From Parcubacteria bacterium C7867-008 (lineage in GTDB: Bacteria > Patescibacteriota > Minisyncoccia > Phycocordibacterales > Phycocordibacteraceae): DNA of 64,000 nucleotides. The notes beneath the pieces were generated by a model. That model saw only the letters and a list, made by a program, of their open reading frames with translations, did no database searches and was not told where the DNA came from. Position 1 is the first letter of the stretch, and every line of letters begins with the position of its first letter. Positions 58,132-64,000 of this stretch are shown here, piece after piece. The stretch lies in contig LFCR01000002.1 in NCBI GenBank assembly GCA_001189215.1, positions 74,677 through 138,676 on the forward strand, read 5' to 3'. The position numbers and the translations under genes were made by a program.

Positions 58132-58707
58132 ATGCCTACACTGTATACAGGAAAGGGCGATGGCGGTACGACGAAGACATTCGGTTGTGATCAACAGCGC
58201 ATATCAAAAGCAACCGAGCTGCCAGAAGCGCTTGGTACGTTAGATGAACTCAACTCATTCCTTGGATTAGCAAAGATTCGTGCAAAACAGGTGCAAGATT
58301 CTAGTCTCCAGGTAGGAAAGAAATCATATTCAATATCCGCAATCCTTCGCGATGTGCAGGAAACACTCTTTATCGTTCAGGCAGAAGTTGCGGGAGCACC
58401 AAAGAAAGTAGGGAAGGTGAAGGTAACGCATGTAGAGAAGTTGATTGCGGCGGTAGAAGGAGAGATTCCTCCCGTAGTGTCCTTCTCCATTGCAGGAGGT
58501 ACTGAAGTGTCTGCGCTTCTTGATGTTGCACGTACGCTTGCACGCCGTGCAGAGCGTCGTGTGGTGGCGGTGCATGAGCTTGAACTACGAACTCTCTCAC
58601 CACACACTCGTGCGTATCTCAATCGTCTTTCCTCTCTTTTATTTGCACTTGCTCGTCTCGCAAATCATAAATCAGGCGTCGTAGAAGAGAATCCAACATA
58701 TCGATAA
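58132..58707 (+). CDS. PduO-type cob(I)alamin adenosyltransferase
   Basis: LYTGKGDGGTT, GTLDELNS, ARTLARRAER, YLNRLS.LLF. Confidence 0.92.
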   Translation: MPTLYTGKGDGGTTKTFGCDQQRISKATELPEALGTLDELNSFLGLAKIRAKQVQDSSLQVGKKSYSISAILRDVQETLFIVQAEVAGAPKKVGKVKVTHVEKLIAAVEGEIPPVVSFSIAGGTEVSALLDVARTLARRAERRVVAVHELELRTLSPHTRAYLNRLSSLLFALARLANHKSGVVEENPTYR

Positions 58708-58744
58708 TCCGTCTCCCGTGGTATAAGAGTTCAGTGCGCTACAT

Positions 58745-58788
58745 GGCGGCTATGGTGTAACGGTTAACACTACAGGTTGTGGCTCTGT
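58745..58788 (+). pseudogene. tRNA-His(GTG) 5' fragment lacking T arm and acceptor 3' strand
   Basis: G-GCGGCTA-TG-GTGT-AACGGTTA-ACAC-T-ACAGG-TT-GTG-GC-TCTGT, then unrelated sequence. Confidence 0.8.
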
Positions 58789-58830
58789 GTATTGTTCGGG
58801 CGAACTCTCACAACAGCTTAGGAGGCGATC

Positions 58831-60267
58831 ATGAGAGAAAAAACGGATGCGTTCTCACACGCCACCGATGCTCTTTCACAACTTGGCATTCCAAAAATTC
58901 TTGAAGCGCTTCGAGCTACCGGTATATCCGTTCGACGTTCTGATATGGGTGGAAGTCACTCGGTGGTAACCTACCCGCCACTGCATGCACTCAGAAAGAC
59001 TGAGTCACCAGCAGTGACGTATGGAAAGACCACGAGTCTGTACATCCACATCCCGTTCTGTGAAAGTGTGTGTACGTTCTGCCACTACGTCGTTCAGCAC
59101 TATCGTGGTAACCGCGAATCTGCTGCGCGTCAGAGTGTAGTGTCCGGATATATGCACGCACTAAACATCGAGATGAACAGTTGGGCGCATGAACTCGGTA
59201 CGACTGGTACGACTATCACATCAATCTATATCGGTGGCGGAACACCACTGGTGCTGGAAACGCATCAACTGGTTGATCTGCTCGACATGATTAGGTTGAA
59301 GTTTAAGGTGGCTGAAGGCGCGGATATCTGCGTCGAAGCCAGCCCTCTCACCATCACTGCTACCGACGGCCTCGCTAAACTGCAAACATTGAGACAGCAC
59401 GGGGTCACGCGCCTCAGTTTCGGTGTGCAATCCCTCGATAATGAAGTTTTGCTTCGTGCCGGTCGCGGATATGAGCGGGCAACCGCCATTCGTGCCTGCA
59501 TGATTGCAGCGCAAGTTTTCGACAACTGGAATATAGATCTCATACAGTCCCTGTACAAAGGGACTTCGGATGAGATCTGGGAGAATCTTCAAGCGATCGA
59601 TCAAGTACGACCACCACACGTCACCTGGTACCACGGTAGGTTCATGGACCGACCGCAAGGCCACTGGCGTAATGAGCCGAACATGCAGAAGGGCTTCGAG
59701 AATGATCAGCAAACCCTCTTCGGACGGATGCTGATCTGGCAGGAACTTGCACAGATGGGATACCGTCAGATCGACGGGAATCGCTTTGTGCTGGGTGAGC
59801 GCTTCGTTGACCCTTTCAAGAAGACTCGTACTTCAGTCACCAGTGATCTGCTCGGACTCGGAGTCTCAGCCTACTCTCACGTAGGTTCGCAGTCTCATGA
59901 GCCCGGTGGTCTATTCTTCCGTAATACGACAAAGACTCCAGACTACGTGAACAGACTGGAGACAGGCTTCAATCCGATTGAATCAGGATTCACGTTTGAT
60001 CCTGATGAACATCTTGCGGCATCGTATGTCGTAGGGCTACGGACCGGGAGACTACCTTTTCAGGCGCATGTGTACGCGTCTGAGGTAGCAGTGTCCTATT
60101 ACGACCGGTTGATACATGAGCTCAGCAAAGTAAAGGTGTTGGAGCTTGTGAATTCAGACTCGGGCACGATGATCAGATTGTCGGAGCTCGGAAGGTTATT
60201 TGAGGACGAGATACTCGCGCTCTTCTACAGTCCTCGTGTTTTAGAGCTCCTGGCTCCAGCTAAGTAG
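58831..60267 (+). CDS. HemN-like radical SAM protein
   Basis: TYPP, LYIHIPFCESVCTFC, IYIGGGTP, RLSFGVQS, LGLGVSAYS; AGGAGG SD. Confidence 0.9.
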   Translation: MREKTDAFSHATDALSQLGIPKILEALRATGISVRRSDMGGSHSVVTYPPLHALRKTESPAVTYGKTTSLYIHIPFCESVCTFCHYVVQHYRGNRESAARQSVVSGYMHALNIEMNSWAHELGTTGTTITSIYIGGGTPLVLETHQLVDLLDMIRLKFKVAEGADICVEASPLTITATDGLAKLQTLRQHGVTRLSFGVQSLDNEVLLRAGRGYERATAIRACMIAAQVFDNWNIDLIQSLYKGTSDEIWENLQAIDQVRPPHVTWYHGRFMDRPQGHWRNEPNMQKGFENDQQTLFGRMLIWQELAQMGYRQIDGNRFVLGERFVDPFKKTRTSVTSDLLGLGVSAYSHVGSQSHEPGGLFFRNTTKTPDYVNRLETGFNPIESGFTFDPDEHLAASYVVGLRTGRLPFQAHVYASEVAVSYYDRLIHELSKVKVLELVNSDSGTMIRLSELGRLFEDEILALFYSPRVLELLAPAK

Positions 60268-60273
60268 TTTTTA

Positions 60274-60311
60274 TGGCCACCGCGGTTGTACCGCGGTGGC
60301 CAACTGTTTTA
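60274..60311 (+). terminator. Intrinsic terminator
   Basis: TGGCCACCGCGG-TTGTA-CCGCGGTGGCCA followed by T-run. Confidence 0.8.
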
Positions 60312-60404
60312 TATTTCAAGTAAGTAAACCTTAGCGAGGTTGCGACTTGGATTCTCTAACGTATACTGCGTCCCGGACAATCATGTTCTGAGGGGAAACC
60401 TCCA

Positions 60405-60962
60405 ATGGCTAAACTACTTATGGGGCTTGGTACCCTTCAGCTGCATGGCCTGCAGACCACGCTGTATAGGTGGCTTCAAGCCAACTCGATGATGAACAGA
60501 GACATTTCACCGCCGCTACAGGCATACTGCAACTGTACGCTTGGAACTAATTTCGAACCCGAGCGTGTTCGTTCCTTGCGGGATGCGCTCGCAACAGAGT
60601 TTGTTGACGTGTTCCAAGAAGAGGGACTTGTAGCACGGGCCGATGCACCATTCTGCGTCAAAACACAGCAACAGGATGGATACACGACACTTCTACTACC
60701 GCTTGAAAGTAAGCTGCTGCAGAGTGTTCGCAAACGTTTGCGGGAATACCTGTCTCGTGAGTGGGGATTCCGTGTTCATGATGGCGATCATCCGGCGAGC
60801 ATAACGCTTGTACATAATATTCCGGCTACTGCTGACGAGCAGATCATGGAACTGTGTGCGATGCTCGTATGGCCGGACTTTGTCACGTTCACTTCGGCAG
60901 CGATATATACGGGAGGGAAGCAATACAAGCGTTTTGGCCAGATCCCGTTCAAAACCCAATAG
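60405..60962 (+). CDS. Degenerate 2H phosphoesterase-like protein
   Basis: YCNCTL and PASITL at the positions of the two HxT motifs; GAGGGG SD. Confidence 0.45.
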   Translation: MAKLLMGLGTLQLHGLQTTLYRWLQANSMMNRDISPPLQAYCNCTLGTNFEPERVRSLRDALATEFVDVFQEEGLVARADAPFCVKTQQQDGYTTLLLPLESKLLQSVRKRLREYLSREWGFRVHDGDHPASITLVHNIPATADEQIMELCAMLVWPDFVTFTSAAIYTGGKQYKRFGQIPFKTQ

Positions 60963-61024
60963 GTTATATATAGATTGAAAGGTAAACGGGGGTCTGCGGA
61001 CCCTCGTTTTGCTATACTGCCACC

Positions 61025-61414
61025 ATGAAATCATTTATAGAGGAATTCAAGAAGTTCGCCCTACGCGGCAATGTCATAGATCTGGCAATCGGTGTTGTGA
61101 TTGGTACTGCATTCAGCAATATCACCAATTCGTTAGTCACTAACATCATCACACCACCCTTAGGTCTCTTGCTGGGACAGGTAGACTTTAAGGACCTTGT
61201 TCTTAATCTTGGAGGTACGGTTGAAATTAAATACGGTCTCTTCCTTCAGTCCGTTCTCGATTTCGTCATCATCGCATTGGTACTCTTCGTGCTGATTCGT
61301 CTCATAAATCGTATTGCTAATAAGAAGGCCGAAGATATGCCTGAAGCAAGTAAGTCTCCTGAGCTCCAGGTGCTAGAACAGATTCGTGATTCAATTGGTC
61401 ATCCAAAACTGTAA
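61025..61414 (+). CDS. mscL: Large-conductance mechanosensitive channel
   Basis: EFKKFALRGNVIDLAIGVVIG, YGLF, L.QIRD. Confidence 0.96.
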   Translation: MKSFIEEFKKFALRGNVIDLAIGVVIGTAFSNITNSLVTNIITPPLGLLLGQVDFKDLVLNLGGTVEIKYGLFLQSVLDFVIIALVLFVLIRLINRIANKKAEDMPEASKSPELQVLEQIRDSIGHPKL

Positions 61415-61420
61415 TCAGGT

Positions 61421-62101
61421 ATGAAAAATCTCCTAATAGGCATTGCGCTCGTTGTACTGATTGGCGTTGGTGCATTCGTATACCGCAGTGCAATGGAACG
61501 CCCGAAAGTTGCACTACCAATAGGAGGTGAGAAGGCCTGTACCCTTGAGGCAAAGATTTGTCCTGATGGAAGTGGTGTTGGTCGTACTGGTCCAAATTGT
61601 GAGTTTGCTGCGTGTGCACTTCCAAATGCTGAAGATGCACAGATCGGAATTTCCTTTGTGATACCGGATGGCTTCGTTGCGAACCCAGATGCGATTGGAG
61701 CAGATACTTCACTACGTGCGGTCTTTGATTCAAAGACCATCAAGTCCGGTGGAGTTCCTGATTCACTTATCATTCGTCGCTACGGTGTCCCAGCAGGGAA
61801 GACTGGGAATGACGTGATACTGGCAAATACCGTACATGAATCATCAGGCATTCAGGCTGCCTCAATGAAAGAATTTGAGCCGGTGATCATAAATGGAAAT
61901 ACATTCCAAACAATAACGGTTGAGCGTTTTGAAGCACTGGTGCACACAGAATACTATCTCGTACGCACAAATGATGTGCTCCGCTTTGAGGTAGTGGAAC
62001 GTGAGGTGAATAATTGGACAGACCCTAATCTCAAGGTTATGAAACTGCCATCGCATCAAGCGTTACAAAATCTCCTGGTAACTCTACAGAGTACCAAGTA
62101 A
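61421..62101 (+). CDS. Membrane-anchored hypothetical protein with small disulfide motif
   Basis: ACTLEAKICPDGSGVGRTGPNCEFAAC. Confidence 0.75.
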   Translation: MKNLLIGIALVVLIGVGAFVYRSAMERPKVALPIGGEKACTLEAKICPDGSGVGRTGPNCEFAACALPNAEDAQIGISFVIPDGFVANPDAIGADTSLRAVFDSKTIKSGGVPDSLIIRRYGVPAGKTGNDVILANTVHESSGIQAASMKEFEPVIINGNTFQTITVERFEALVHTEYYLVRTNDVLRFEVVEREVNNWTDPNLKVMKLPSHQALQNLLVTLQSTK

Positions 62102-62132
62102 AGAAAAGCCCGGTCTAGCGACCGGGCTTTTC

Positions 62133-62876
62133 TTATCCTGCGATTTGTATAACCACAAACAGTACTAATGCACCCAACAGGGTCATGACTGTTGTAAGGA
62201 TGCGCGGGTGATTGTGGTGACTCTCAGGCAAGAGATCTGATGCTCCAATGTAGAGGAAGAATCCTGCAAATGTTGAAAGGATAATCGCGAGTGCGCCTTC
62301 CGGTACTGTGATAAAGAGTGTGGCAATTGCACCAAGAAGCGGGGCAGCAGCATCAGCTAGTAACCACCTAAATGCTTCTTTGCGAGAACCCCCATTCTTA
62401 AGAACAAGGTTTACGGTATTGATACCGTCAGAGAAATCATGCGTCAGTACTGCCGCCGCTACCACTGCACCAACCGCAGGAGATACTTGGAATGCAAGAC
62501 CAATAGCGAATCCATCAAGGAAGCTGTGACTTGAAAGACTGCCTGCACCAATGATGCCGCGACGAGTGCTGTGGTGTGCATGTACATGTCCATCGTCACC
62601 GTCATTGTGTGCGTGAAGCAGAATCACGCGATCCAGAATCATGTATGCAAAGAAGCCAATTGCCGTGAACGTGATGAGTGTGCCTGGCTCGAAGAATGTA
62701 GCGCCAAGCTCAAGCGATTCTGGGATGAGGTCGAAGAACGCAACTGCCAGGACAGCTCCGGCCGAGAACCCAAGAATAAGGTGGAGCTTATCTTTGAGTT
62801 TCAAAGCCAAGCTGCCACCGATAAAGGTGGCCACAGAGGCAGCGAGGGCAACGAGTAGTATTGGTAGGGATTCCAT
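62133..62876 (-). CDS. ZIP family metal transporter
   Basis: His-rich loop, HSFLDG, HDFSDG, DLLPE. Confidence 0.92.
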   Translation of the reverse strand: MESLPILLVALAASVATFIGGSLALKLKDKLHLILGFSAGAVLAVAFFDLIPESLELGATFFEPGTLITFTAIGFFAYMILDRVILLHAHNDGDDGHVHAHHSTRRGIIGAGSLSSHSFLDGFAIGLAFQVSPAVGAVVAAAVLTHDFSDGINTVNLVLKNGGSRKEAFRWLLADAAAPLLGAIATLFITVPEGALAIILSTFAGFFLYIGASDLLPESHHNHPRILTTVMTLLGALVLFVVIQIAG

Positions 62877-62954
62877 TTTGTAAGTATATAACTTCTCAAA
62901 CGACTACGGCTATAAGTGCTACCATTAGCCTAATCAGTAGTAATTAATATACCT

Positions 62955-63764
62955 ATGCCCGAATCATTACCAGAGACCATTGTGCGCGCATCTCGCCCTG
63001 TCCGTTATGCGGCAGCCGCTGCGCTCACGGTGCTCGCCCTGTTCCTCCTCGTTAAGACGTTTGATGCTATAGACCAGTTTGGTACGGGTCCTAACCGTCC
63101 TATTAACAGCATTACAGTGTCTGGTGAAGGAAAGAGTACATCTATTCCAAACATTGCACAGATAACCTTCACCGTGCAGGAGACTGCAGCAAGTGTTAAG
63201 GATGCGCAGGATGCTGCAACAAAGCGAACGAATGATTCACTCGCTGCAATGAAGACTATGGGAATTGAAGAGAAGGATATTAAGACTCTTGGATACAATG
63301 TGTATCCTCAGTATGAGAACCGCGCGATGGCTCCTTGTTACCCAGGTAGCGCATGCCCAACGCAGTCCAATAAGATCTCTGGATACCAGGTATCTCAGAC
63401 CGTACAAGTAAAAGTACGTGACACTGCGAAGGCAGGTGACGTGCTTCAGCAGCTCGGCACCTTTGGTGTACAGAACATCTCAGGACCAGACTTCATGCTT
63501 GATGATGACAGCACCGTTACCGATGAGGCACGTGCTGAAGCAATTAAGGATGCTCGTGAAAAGGCAGAGCTTCTTGCTAAGCAGCTCCACGTTCGTCTTG
63601 GTGATGTGATCAGCTTCTCTGAGGGAGGAGGTTACTACCCAATGTACAGCGGCTATGCAAAGGGAGGTGTTGCTATGGATGCTGCAGTGGCTCCATCACC
63701 ATCACTTCCGGTAGGGGAGAACGAAACAAATGTAACGGTTCAGGTTACGTACGAGATTCGCTAA
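62955..63764 (+). CDS. SIMPL (DUF541) domain protein
   Basis: ITVSGEG...PNIA, AIKDAREKAE.LA, VQVTYEI. Confidence 0.92.
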   Translation: MPESLPETIVRASRPVRYAAAAALTVLALFLLVKTFDAIDQFGTGPNRPINSITVSGEGKSTSIPNIAQITFTVQETAASVKDAQDAATKRTNDSLAAMKTMGIEEKDIKTLGYNVYPQYENRAMAPCYPGSACPTQSNKISGYQVSQTVQVKVRDTAKAGDVLQQLGTFGVQNISGPDFMLDDDSTVTDEARAEAIKDAREKAELLAKQLHVRLGDVISFSEGGGYYPMYSGYAKGGVAMDAAVAPSPSLPVGENETNVTVQVTYEIR

Positions 63765-63889
63765 ATAACAAAATCTCTGTGACAAAGCCACGCGGTTTTC
63801 CTGCGTGGCTTTGCTCATTTGACACCCTAAAACCCTGTAGTAATATAGGAATATATAAGAGCCCCCGGGGCTTTTTTATTTAGACCACC

Positions 63890-63986
63890 ATGAATTCATT
63901 CATCAGCTATCTCATTCACTGCAGTCTTCATTGCGGGCCTTGACTACCTCTTCACCCAAGGAGTCAGCCAGCTCATCGTTCGCTAA
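63890..63986 (+). pseudogene. secE: secE with apparent internal deletion and frameshift
   Basis: MNSFISYL in one frame, FTAVFIAGLDYLFTQGVSQLIVR* in another; the conserved EL..V.WP core is absent; TTGACA promoter at 63819. Confidence 0.6.
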
Positions 63987-64000
63987 TTTTAGCAACGTTA

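Noticed and set aside
58789..60400. Intron-split tRNA-His with the radical SAM gene inside an intron
   Set aside because: No 3' exon or group I/II intron features found, and a terminator follows the gene

Overview
Origin-proximal chromosomal segment of a small-genome bacterium. Gene content points to Patescibacteria/CPR, Parcubacteria-like (inference); it uses standard code 11 with TGA as stop. The core includes yidC-rnpA-rpmH | dnaA-oriC-dnaN, a CPR-type VirB4/VirB6/PrgI/pilin cluster, pilB and pilMNOP, ruvA/B/C, polA, uvrD, xth, a Xer-family recombinase, a CCA-adding enzyme, PBP1A, MurE, rpsO/rpsT/rplS, eight intact tRNAs and a cluster of parS sites. The most unusual feature is at 1-2300: single-gene cassettes are separated by a ~32-bp repeat that resembles a tRNA 3' end, and the array ends in a tRNA-Gln 3' remnant. 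A fifth copy of the repeat lies 34 kb away next to an atypical tRNA-like gene. Other oddities: a tRNA-His 5' half fused to a radical SAM gene, two candidate structured ncRNAs (5450-5740 and 38068-38320), an internally deleted secE, and leaderless core genes contrasting with Shine-Dalgarno-led accessory genes. All calls come from reading the sequence; no searches were run.
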